DNA of 64,000 nucleotides from Deltaproteobacteria bacterium (GTDB lineage Bacteria; Bdellovibrionota_B; Oligoflexia; Oligoflexales; Bog-1112): NCBI GenBank assembly GCA_947466225.1, contig CANIBL010000008.1, positions 1,779 to 65,778 of the forward strand, read 5' to 3'. Shown piece by piece: positions 56,148 to 64,000 of this stretch (position 1 is its first letter; each line of letters starts with the position of its first letter). The notes under the pieces were generated by a model. It saw only the letters and a program-made list of their open reading frames with translations, ran no database searches and was not told where the DNA came from. The position numbers and the translations under genes were made by a program.

Positions 56148-57427
56148 CTTGCCTCCTGTCGTAGATCGAGTAGACCTTGATACACAGGCGCCAAATCTTC
56201 TGGTGTCGTGCAGTAGGGGGGCAATATAAAAAGACTATTACCCAGAGGGCGCAGCAAGATCTTACGTTCCGCAAAATATTCGCGTAGATCCTGCCCCAGA
56301 GAATTGAAGTACCCACTCGGAGTTGGAGCAGCCATCTCCATAGCCAAGATGGTGCCTTGAGAGCGCACGTTTCTCAATGGGTATGGATCACCTGGTAGAG
56401 CAGCCATAAAATCCAGATGACTGCGAGAGATGGCTTCAATCGCAGCCAGACAACTCGATGATTCCAAGAGATCCAAGCTTGCATGCGCCGCTGCACAGGC
56501 AATGGGATTTCCCATATATGTATGCCCATGAAGAAAAGCGTGAGCCGGATTGTCCGACAAAAACCCCTCATAGATTCGCTGGCTGCACACCGTCATGCTT
56601 AAAGGGAGAAGTCCACCGGTGAGCCCTTTGGACAAACAAACCAAATCCGGCTTTTCCTCCAAGTAATCGCAAGCAAAAAATTTCCCTGTACGTCCAAACC
56701 CCGTCATTACTTCATCGGCAATGCAAACAATACCATGGGATTTACAAAGAGATAGGAGCTGGTCCAATATCCCCGCATCTTGCATCTGCATACCCGCAGC
56801 CCCTTGCACCAAAGGCTCAAAGATAAAAGCTGCGATTTCCTTTCCATATACATCCAAAATGGCTTCCAACTGTCGTAGGCTTTTGTCTCCACTACCTCGC
56901 AAGGGAGGCTCTACATAGAGGGTTTCAAAGAGCAAAGGCCGAAAGTGGGAAAGAAAAGGACTGTCGCTAACAGACATTGCCCCGACTGTGTCCCCATGAT
57001 ACCCGTTTCGAAAAGCCAGAAATTTGGTTTTGGGTGTCCCCTGTAAATTGGCATATTGCACTGCAATTTTCAGAGCAACTTCCACCGCAGTCGAACCATT
57101 ATCAGAATAAAATACCTTGGTAAAAACCGAGGGGAAATGAGACAAAACCCGTTGAGCCAAGGATACAGCGCCTTCATGGGTTAAATCTCCAAATTGGATA
57201 TGATCCAAAATCCCGAGCTGCTGTGAAATTTTCTCTATCAAATACGGATGACAATGCCCATGGAGATTGCACCACCAAGAACTGGTTGCATCAAATCGAC
57301 CGACGCCTTTCGCATCATACAGATAAGCGCCTTTTGCACGCACGATGGGGCTTGGATCGGGCGCTATTTTATGTTGGGTGTAGGGATGCCAAATGCACTC
57401 TCGATCCGCTTGCAACAGATCCTTCAT
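56132..57427 (-). CDS. bioA: Adenosylmethionine-8-amino-7-oxononanoate aminotransferase
   Basis: Class-III aminotransferase. BioA-typical N-terminus (D...IWHPYTQ) and DEV.TGFGRTGK PLP-lysine region. ATG at 57427 gives an ATGA overlap with bioD. Confidence 0.9.
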   Translation of the reverse strand: MKDLLQADRECIWHPYTQHKIAPDPSPIVRAKGAYLYDAKGVGRFDATSSWWCNLHGHCHPYLIEKISQQLGILDHIQFGDLTHEGAVSLAQRVLSHFPSVFTKVFYSDNGSTAVEVALKIAVQYANLQGTPKTKFLAFRNGYHGDTVGAMSVSDSPFLSHFRPLLFETLYVEPPLRGSGDKSLRQLEAILDVYGKEIAAFIFEPLVQGAAGMQMQDAGILDQLLSLCKSHGIVCIADEVMTGFGRTGKFFACDYLEEKPDLVCLSKGLTGGLLPLSMTVCSQRIYEGFLSDNPAHAFLHGHTYMGNPIACAAAHASLDLLESSSCLAAIEAISRSHLDFMAALPGDPYPLRNVRSQGTILAMEMAAPTPSGYFNSLGQDLREYFAERKILLRPLGNSLFILPPYCTTPEDLAPVYQGLLDLRQEARWTLN

Positions 57428-58041
57428 AGCCAATTTCCTCGTAGTGATGCTGCATACTGTTGGATGAGCGCGGGAGATAAAACGGGATGTGGTGTCATAC
57501 GAAATAGAATGGGAAGTCTTGTTTTGCGAGATACAAACGATTCGAGTTCTGCATCAGCAGGTCCGTTGTAGACCAATCCCTCAATCATAACGCCACTTCT
57601 CTTCAACACTTCCACAGTAAGAAACGTATGATTCAAACTACCCAAGTAATTGCGTGTCACAATGATCACGGGGAGTTGCAATTGCTGGATGAGATTCAAC
57701 ATAGAATCGTTCTCGTTAAGCGGCACAAGAATGCCTCCGGCGCCTTCTACGATAAGAGAATGGGAAGTTAGAGGTAAGACAAAATCCGAAAGTTGGATCC
57801 CAGTACCTTCTGCAGCTGCAGCTTGATGAGGGCTCTTGGGTAGTTTCAAGCGAAATCGTTCGGGGTGGCAACGAACCGGAAAAGAAACGCTGGCCTGTAT
57901 GGTATGCGTGTCACTTGATTCAAGATCTCCACACTGTATCGGCTTCCAATACTCAGCGCACAAGGCTTCTACCAAAACAGAGGCCACAGCTGTTTTTCCA
58001 ACTTCAGTCCCAATTCCGGTGATAAAAAAACGGGGCTTCAT
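57424..58041 (-). CDS. bioD: Dethiobiotin synthetase
   Basis: Start at MKPRFFITGIGTEVGKT (P-loop GTEVGKT). EGAGG motif. About 205 aa once the non-coding N-terminal extension of the listed ORF is removed. Confidence 0.88.
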   Translation of the reverse strand: MKPRFFITGIGTEVGKTAVASVLVEALCAEYWKPIQCGDLESSDTHTIQASVSFPVRCHPERFRLKLPKSPHQAAAAEGTGIQLSDFVLPLTSHSLIVEGAGGILVPLNENDSMLNLIQQLQLPVIIVTRNYLGSLNHTFLTVEVLKRSGVMIEGLVYNGPADAELESFVSRKTRLPILFRMTPHPVLSPALIQQYAASLRGNWL

Positions 58042-58136
58042 AGGAAATTTCCAAAAATCTTTTGCTGTTGTCCCACGAACCGTATCGCAGTACACTGCAG
58101 AAAAGCAAGCACATCTAAAAATCAGAAGAAGCTGCA

Positions 58137-59687
58137 ATGAGACGCTTGATTATATCCGCATTCTTTCTCCTACTGGATTTTTTTCCTGCTACAGCTTTAT
58201 CCCAGTGTGTAATACGACACTCTCAGCACAAGCCAATTTCTGCGCTGCAAGATCCATTTTTTCATCTCCTCTCGAGCATTCCTCAATGTCCACGTACTGT
58301 GATAGAGCTGCGAAAAAACCTCCAAACTGCTGGGGCTCATTTCATCACAACCATGGTCGCCAATCAGGGGTTTCATCATCCAGAACGTGGGAGTTTTAGT
58401 TTTTTTGAGGCGGTGGAAATACCTGAATCACCGAAAATTCCCTATCCGGTAGGCGCCCATGAGCTACTATTTGGGCATTTTGTTTCTCCGGGTGCATCAC
58501 ATTCGTTGAGATTAGATCAAGACCCCGCCTCTATGTCCTTGATGGTTGAGCTATTGGCATGGGATCCACAAAAGACCATGTTCAATTTTTACGAGTTGAT
58601 CGGAACCCCACAAGGTGCACAGTGGTTTTATCGAGGCGATAGCCAAGACATTTGGGCGGATACCCAATTGCTGCATCGCAAAAGAGAGCCTCATGCCCCT
58701 ATTTTTGGCACACGCCTGCGATGCTCTGGGTGTCACCTTGCAGGGGGCCCTCTGATGAAGGAACTGCAAGCCCCCCATGATTCCTGGTGGAAGAGTGAGC
58801 GTCCGTTGCCCTTCGCAGGTAGAACCCCCGATCCCCAGATGCAAGAAGTAATGGCCACTCTGCAACCACCGGCAGTTTTACAAGACCTCGTTCTAAAAGG
58901 CCTCAGGCAACTTTTTTCCGGTAAAGCCTTTATCCAAAGGCAAGAGGCCTCTCTTCAAGTTGCCCTGCGCCCCCTGTTTTGCCCGGAAGAAATCAATCTG
59001 GCTGCCAGTCTACAACCGCTCCTGGAAAGCCAAGAGGTCACGGTGCCAACGGGGTTTTTCTTGGATGACCGCCTTGGTTCAGCTTCTACATTGGTAGCAA
59101 AAAAATCCGATTATATAGATGCCCTTACTTCCCTTCACAGTTCATTTGGAGAGCCGCCCATCACACGTCTCGACGCAGATCACGGATGGAATACCCCGAT
59201 CAAAGGCACAGCAGATCGCTTGGCTATTGATGCCTTGGTACAACGGGGTCGCATTTCCCACCAGTTTGTTACCGATGTTTTATCGGTAGATTGGTCTCAC
59301 CCGGTATTTTCTCCCATGCGTTGTGAGTTGTTGCCGTTGGTTCCAATGACATGGTCAGAGGGCTGGCAAACTAAATTTAGGCAAACGCTGCAAGAGAGTC
59401 ACTTGCCAGGAGCCAGCATTCTATTGGCGCACATGGAACGATCTCAAAAACCTGAACCAATATCGCCATTTTTAGCAAAATGTGCAGATATCTTACAAAC
59501 GCCAGCTGGCGTGCAAGCCTTGGTCGAGTATCTCGGTCAGGTTCGAAAAGAAGTTTCACACTCAGAAATTTCCCAAAATTCACGGGGACAAATTTTGGAA
59601 CCCGGGTTTCGAATGATTTTTCCTCTCTTTACACCAGAGGCGATGCCAGGGGTGCTGACACTCGATGAGAATTGTTGGCCTAGATAA
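58137..59687 (+). CDS. Hypothetical secreted protein with a single CxxCH motif (516 aa)
   Basis: Signal peptide MRRLIISAFFLLLDFFPATALS. RCSGCHLAGGPLMKEL is a possible heme c site. No family recognised. Confidence 0.5.
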   Translation: MRRLIISAFFLLLDFFPATALSQCVIRHSQHKPISALQDPFFHLLSSIPQCPRTVIELRKNLQTAGAHFITTMVANQGFHHPERGSFSFFEAVEIPESPKIPYPVGAHELLFGHFVSPGASHSLRLDQDPASMSLMVELLAWDPQKTMFNFYELIGTPQGAQWFYRGDSQDIWADTQLLHRKREPHAPIFGTRLRCSGCHLAGGPLMKELQAPHDSWWKSERPLPFAGRTPDPQMQEVMATLQPPAVLQDLVLKGLRQLFSGKAFIQRQEASLQVALRPLFCPEEINLAASLQPLLESQEVTVPTGFFLDDRLGSASTLVAKKSDYIDALTSLHSSFGEPPITRLDADHGWNTPIKGTADRLAIDALVQRGRISHQFVTDVLSVDWSHPVFSPMRCELLPLVPMTWSEGWQTKFRQTLQESHLPGASILLAHMERSQKPEPISPFLAKCADILQTPAGVQALVEYLGQVRKEVSHSEISQNSRGQILEPGFRMIFPLFTPEAMPGVLTLDENCWPR

Positions 59688-59730
59688 CTTTTTAACCGGG
59701 GAACCAACTGCCTAGTTTCCCCAGTTAAAA
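59688..59730. repeat. REP-like palindromic element (family 1)
   Basis: tttttaaccggggaaccaactgcctagtttccccagttaaaaa. Confidence 0.65.
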
Positions 59731-59794
59731 AGGCCCAGAGAAAAAAATTGAGCCGCTGCTCAAAACGAACTACAATCGTCCCTACACCTACAGA

Positions 59795-60901
59795 TTGGAG
59801 AGCCACACCGTGCGTATTTCCGCCCGCGTCAGCACGATCCCGATATACCTCAGTTTTCTCTTGCTTCCCGTTGCCTGTATCCAGCAAACGCCACCGCCAC
59901 AAGAAGCGGTGCGAAGAGAGCCCATTCGTTCAGCCTCACCGCCTGTACCGCTGTGCGTACCCGAGGCGCCGACAACGCCCCGCGGAGTTTCGGATAAGTG
60001 GGCAAAGCTGCAGCATGTGGATGCAGAGCTAACAGATGAAGAAAGTCGATCTTTTCAGCATATATCGCGGAAAGGATCAGATGTCGACTTGCAGGCAGCA
60101 TTACTCGTAGTGTCCACCCTCCAGCTCTGTGTCAAGCAAAACAAAACCCTCGATATTGTCGCCACAGAATGGGGTGTTTCCCTGGTCGAGCAATTTGAGC
60201 ACAACCCATTCTTGCAAGGCTATGACATCCAAGTATTGCTTCTTACCTCACTGGCACGTTGTAGTACGCAAAATCCTGACTTGGGCAAACAGCTTCAAGC
60301 AGGTGTAAGCCAACGCCAAGAGAAGTGGACACATTTGTCACAACAGTTTCCTCAACTTCATACGGGGACCGCGACTGGCGCACCCTCCGCTACTCCAGCT
60401 GACACCGGGGCTGCCGCTGGACTTCCTCTAGCGCCATCCGTGCCTCTTCCAGTGCCCGCTGTGCCAACACCAGCTGCGACAGTTGCAGCCTCTATAACTT
60501 CGCCAGCACCAGCTACAGAAGCGCAATCTTCAGAGAAAAAACTGGAAGAGATCGATCATTTGGCCGACTCCACAGATCCCCTGGAGCGAAAAAAAGCTAT
60601 AGAGATGTTACGGGCCATGGTGAGCGCTGCAGCAAAAGACCCTGCCACCCACGGCGCTTTGACAGAAAAGTTGGCCACAACCTGCGAACAAGCAGTTCAA
60701 CAATTGCGCGCTTTGGCAGCGAAACAGTTTCAAGATGCCTTACCCCTGGCAGAGGGAGCTACGCGTACCGAATACCTACAAGCGGCACAAAAATCGTTGC
60801 AGCAAGCGCTGGCGTACAAAGAGGCACGACCCAAAACCTTGCAACGGGTAGAAGAAAACCTGCATATCATTGAGGAAAGCCTCCAAAAACCCGCCCGCTA
60901 G
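59795..60901 (+). CDS. Hypothetical lipoprotein with Ala/Pro-rich linker and helical C-terminal domain
   Basis: Lipobox-like LLLPVAC; central TGAPSATPADTGAAAGLPLAPSVPLPVPAVPTPAATVAAS linker. Confidence 0.5.
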   Translation: MESHTVRISARVSTIPIYLSFLLLPVACIQQTPPPQEAVRREPIRSASPPVPLCVPEAPTTPRGVSDKWAKLQHVDAELTDEESRSFQHISRKGSDVDLQAALLVVSTLQLCVKQNKTLDIVATEWGVSLVEQFEHNPFLQGYDIQVLLLTSLARCSTQNPDLGKQLQAGVSQRQEKWTHLSQQFPQLHTGTATGAPSATPADTGAAAGLPLAPSVPLPVPAVPTPAATVAASITSPAPATEAQSSEKKLEEIDHLADSTDPLERKKAIEMLRAMVSAAAKDPATHGALTEKLATTCEQAVQQLRALAAKQFQDALPLAEGATRTEYLQAAQKSLQQALAYKEARPKTLQRVEENLHIIEESLQKPAR

Positions 60902-60981
60902 GCAAAGAATGCCGGCCCCAGCGACTTCTCCCTGATTCTCTCCCTCCGATAGGCTACATAGGCCTTTCACAGGGAGTTTCT

Positions 60982-62343
60982 ATGAAGTCGATCTCATCTC
61001 ATACTCTACCCCCGCATCGAACTTTGTTGCATCAACAAGGTGCGACTCATACCCAATACTTATCTGCCTTGAATGCCTATTGGAATGAAAAACCTACGCG
61101 TACCATTCGCTTGATTACAGACGGCTTGCTCGCAAGTCAAACGCCAGCTATCCAATTTCCCTTATATCGGTTGTGGATCGAACAAAGTGCACAACGGCAG
61201 GAGAAGGATTCCTTACATGATTTGCAGCAGTATTTGTTGGAGGAAAGTGTAGCAGATGGGGATATTACCTGGGTGGCTCTTCGAGGCTTGATTCATTTGG
61301 AATTAGAGGAAATGGGGGCATGTAAACTGTTGCGGCCCTTTTTATCTCAACATGCTCACAATCCTTATTGTCTCGAATTTCTCTGCAAGTACCACAATCG
61401 AATATCACCCTCTACTTCCACTTTTTCTTTAGGGAAAACCCATTTGCCAAGCTTGGATTATTTTCATTGGCTCCCCATTTTATCCCAACCGGATCTAGCA
61501 AGTGATGTACAAGATTTTATAGAATCGGCATTTCCCCACAGTCCCCTCGCTACCTTTTGCCGTCTCCAACATGCTGTGTCAACATTTCCTTCCCATGCAT
61601 TGGGCGCCTATGCCCAGCAAGAGCTATATGAATTGAGCGCAAAATATCCGCATAGTATGACGCTGCGCTACTGTGCAGATACATGGAAAGCCCTGCAAAC
61701 CGGGGAGCGAAAAGATGCACTTACGGTCTCCCAAGGGGATACGCGCATGGAACCAGCCTTATACAATCTCTTTCGAGGATTTGTTGCAGCTGGTGGCCTT
61801 GCCCCCTTACTCCCCCAAGAACAAAAAGACAGCTTGGAGTCTGCCAATTTACCTGCACTGCCCATGCGAGAAGCAGATCCAGAGATGCCCTCGCTGCAGC
61901 AACAAAATTGGCTCTTTTTGGTCTCGCCACATGCCTTTTATGAATGGATGTCAGCCCCTTTTGAAGGGATTCGAGATATTCCAGGCGCACCAACTATGCA
62001 GCACCGGGATACCATTTGCTGGGGCAGTATGTTTATGGAGCAAGGAAAATCTGTCTATCGGGTGGGAGGGTTGCTCGAGGTCGTAACTGCCCCCAAATTT
62101 CATCCCCTGTGGAAAAATTCCGTATCGGTTCGCCTTCTTGACAGTCAATCTGAGTCGATCCCCCTCGATTTTTTTCTCTCAGAAAGCCAATTGCAAAAAG
62201 GAAAACGGATTGAGAGTGAATCTCTTACCTTTTATCCATTAGAAGAAGGGCAATTTATCTCGATGCTGGAGCAGATGGCGCAGTATCAAGAGCAGAAGCA
62301 GATCGACTCCGTCTTTGTAGCCCCCTATGCGAAAAGTTCGTAA
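60982..62343 (+). CDS. Hypothetical cytoplasmic protein (453 aa)
   Basis: Long ORF with ordinary-looking composition; no signal peptide; no motif recognised. Confidence 0.5.
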   Translation: MKSISSHTLPPHRTLLHQQGATHTQYLSALNAYWNEKPTRTIRLITDGLLASQTPAIQFPLYRLWIEQSAQRQEKDSLHDLQQYLLEESVADGDITWVALRGLIHLELEEMGACKLLRPFLSQHAHNPYCLEFLCKYHNRISPSTSTFSLGKTHLPSLDYFHWLPILSQPDLASDVQDFIESAFPHSPLATFCRLQHAVSTFPSHALGAYAQQELYELSAKYPHSMTLRYCADTWKALQTGERKDALTVSQGDTRMEPALYNLFRGFVAAGGLAPLLPQEQKDSLESANLPALPMREADPEMPSLQQQNWLFLVSPHAFYEWMSAPFEGIRDIPGAPTMQHRDTICWGSMFMEQGKSVYRVGGLLEVVTAPKFHPLWKNSVSVRLLDSQSESIPLDFFLSESQLQKGKRIESESLTFYPLEEGQFISMLEQMAQYQEQKQIDSVFVAPYAKSS

Positions 62344-62370
62344 GGGGACCCGTACTCTATAGAAGCAAAG

Positions 62371-62412
62371 TGAGGGATCCCCAAGGCTTTCTACGTTCGA
62401 TGGGCATGACGG
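62371..62412. repeat. Family-2 intergenic repeat, partial copy
   Basis: tgagggatccccaaggctttctacgttcgatgggcatgacgg shares GGGATCCCC and TGGGCATGACG with 18296-18362. Confidence 0.4.
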
Positions 62413-62430
62413 ATTATGCACAGGGGCTTT

Positions 62431-64000
62431 TTACCCTTTTACCTGTAGACGAGACACAAACTCTGGCAGAGACATCGTCTCTTGCTCTGTTTGCTCCCGC
62501 TTACGAATATTCAGCATCTGCGTGTCCATTTCCTGCTGACCTACAACGATTGCATAGGGGAAGCGTTGCATCGCAGAATCCCGGATTTTGTACCCAATCC
62601 GTTCATTGCGCACATCTACTTCGCAACGGAATCCCTCGGCTTGCAACTTGGCTTGTACCTCTTGCGCGTAGGGAATGAACTTATCGCTAATGGGCAGAAT
62701 ATGAACTTGCACGGGTGACAACCATAGCGGGAAGGCCCCTGCGTAGTGCTCGATCAAAATACCGATAAACCGCTCCATACTACCGTAGCAAGCTTTATGG
62801 ATCATGACTGGGGTATGCTTTTGTCCATCAGCTCCGATATAGCTCAAACCAAAACGTTCTGGCATAGAAAAATCAAGTTGAATGGTACCGCATTGCCACG
62901 AGCGTTTCAGGGTATCTCGAATATGAAAGTCGATCTTGGGCCCGTAGAAAGCCCCATCTCCTGGATTGATCTCATACGGGATTTGCTGGGCATCCAAGGC
63001 TTGTTTCAACGCAGATTCTGCCTTTTCCCATACCTCATCGGTACCGATGCTATTGCTAGGCCGTGTAGAGAACTCAATGCGCACATCATCAAGACCAAAG
63101 CTTTTGTACACATCATGAAAGAACGTGATGAGTAGTTGAATTTCACCCCCAATCTGGTCGGGAGTACAAAAATGATGCCCATCATCCTGGGTGAAAGACT
63201 GCACCCGGAAAAGTCCGTGCCGCACGCCAGAAAGCTCTCGTCGATGCACAAGCCCCATCTCGGCAAAGCGCAACGGCAACTCATGATGAGAGTGCTGATG
63301 GGCACGGTATACCACGCAGTGACCTGGGCAGTTCATGGGTTTTACTGCGAGGGGACGCTCTTCCTCTTGGTTGTCTTGAATCAGATCTGGTTGTGTGGGG
63401 TTTCGCAACTTAAGCTTAGTGAAAAACATATTCTCTAAGTAGTTGTCGTAATGTCCGGAGGTGTGCCACAGCTTTTCAGAAAGAATGATCGGGGTTTTGA
63501 CCTCGATATAGTTAAATCGCTTGAGCAAACAGCGCATATGATCTGCGAGCAAGTTATAGAGAATCGTGCCACGCCCGTGGAAGAAGGGAAACCCAGGGGC
63601 TTCTTCGTGGAAACTAAAAAGATCCAGTTTTTCTCCCAATACCCGGTGATCCCGCTTTTTTGCCTCCTCTAAGAAGTGAAGATAGGCTTCAAGATCTGCT
63701 TTATCGAAAAAGGCAGTACCATAAATTCGGGTCAATTGAGGCTTCGTAGAATCCCCTCGCCAATAGGCACCCGCAATTTTTGTCAGTTTTACATTTTTAA
63801 GCCAACCAGTATGAGGCACGTGAGGGCCACGGCAGAGATCGATAAAGCTGCCATGTTGGTAGAAAGTCAGCGCCTCACCACGTCCCTGGATATCGGCGAC
63901 GATCTCCTGTTTGAAGGGGTTCTGACCCTTATCGAGATCTTGATACCGGCGGTAGACAGGATCGTTGAGATCCATGCAAGCTGCTGTTTCGCGTATGAAG
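62431..64000 (-). CDS. thrS: Threonine--tRNA ligase, N-terminal part beyond window edge
   Basis: Class II motifs (CRGPHV, KPMNCPGH, FRVQSFTQDDGHHF, GAFYGPKIDF) and the anticodon-binding C-terminus. The frame stays open upstream of the listed ATG to nt 64000. Confidence 0.92.
   Translation of the reverse strand, partial: FIRETAACMDLNDPVYRRYQDLDKGQNPFKQEIVADIQGRGEALTFYQHGSFIDLCRGPHVPHTGWLKNVKLTKIAGAYWRGDSTKPQLTRIYGTAFFDKADLEAYLHFLEEAKKRDHRVLGEKLDLFSFHEEAPGFPFFHGRGTILYNLLADHMRCLLKRFNYIEVKTPIILSEKLWHTSGHYDNYLENMFFTKLKLRNPTQPDLIQDNQEEERPLAVKPMNCPGHCVVYRAHQHSHHELPLRFAEMGLVHRRELSGVRHGLFRVQSFTQDDGHHFCTPDQIGGEIQLLITFFHDVYKSFGLDDVRIEFSTRPSNSIGTDEVWEKAESALKQALDAQQIPYEINPGDGAFYGPKIDFHIRDTLKRSWQCGTIQLDFSMPERFGLSYIGADGQKHTPVMIHKACYGSMERFIGILIEHYAGAFPLWLSPVQVHILPISDKFIPYAQEVQAKLQAEGFRCEVDVRNERIGYKIRDSAMQRFPYAIVVGQQEMDTQMLNIRKREQTEQETMSLPEFVSRLQVKG

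Noticed and set aside
1-64000. Search by eye for tRNA genes (T-loop GGTTCGAATCC-like strings), rRNA, transposases, integrases, and toxin-antitoxin or known defence genes.
   Set aside because: None found. The occurrences of tcgaacc/ggttcgaa lie inside long CDSs without acceptor-stem complementarity.

Overview
This is a 64-kb chromosomal window from a flagellated diderm bacterium; LPS-core, TonB, TonB-dependent receptor and beta-barrel genes are all present. GC is roughly 50% by eye. The lineage cannot be assigned from sequence alone. The window is densely coding, with about 60 CDS. I saw no rRNA, tRNA, CRISPR array, transposase or integrase.

Most genes are housekeeping:
- PhoU-like/PiT phosphate pair, ABC-F ATPase, YitT, glutathione peroxidase, EamA, MnmA
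- FadD-like ligase, TBDR + TonB, MltG, HutG-like enzyme, SsuABC-like importer
- heptosyltransferase + WaaA, RNase G, cytochrome c peroxidase, M20 peptidase, IspB-like synthase
- DnaX preceded by a 4.5S SRP RNA (found by eye; the ORF track covers it with spurious ORFs)
- sucB-lpd-sucA, fliD-fliS, bioD-bioA, an RRM protein, and a partial ThrS

Stand-out observations:
1. A 168-aa protein (37730-38236) has a Sec-like signal peptide, an acidic segment, and a C-terminal segment that matches the eukaryotic bZIP basic region plus a 4-heptad leucine zipper (C/EBP-like). The gene also contains a (CGGAAAG)x4.9 heptanucleotide tract that could act as a frameshift switch.
2. A REP/MITE-like palindromic family with core GGAACCAGCTGCGCAGTTTCC has 12 copies. 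All lie at gene ends. Two long forms bracket the suc operon.
3. A ferritin-like di-iron (E...ExxH x2) protein is translationally coupled to bioA.
4. A CxxCH lipoprotein is paired with a CxxCH-bearing beta-barrel.
5. A promoter + signal-peptide module is duplicated, with the mature domains swapped and a hutG 5-prime relic left behind.
6. Three secreted proteins contain tandem repeats (24-bp x11, 18-bp x5, (CCA)12).
7. A 567-nt stretch is ORF-free.

All functional calls rest on motifs read by eye; no database search was run.
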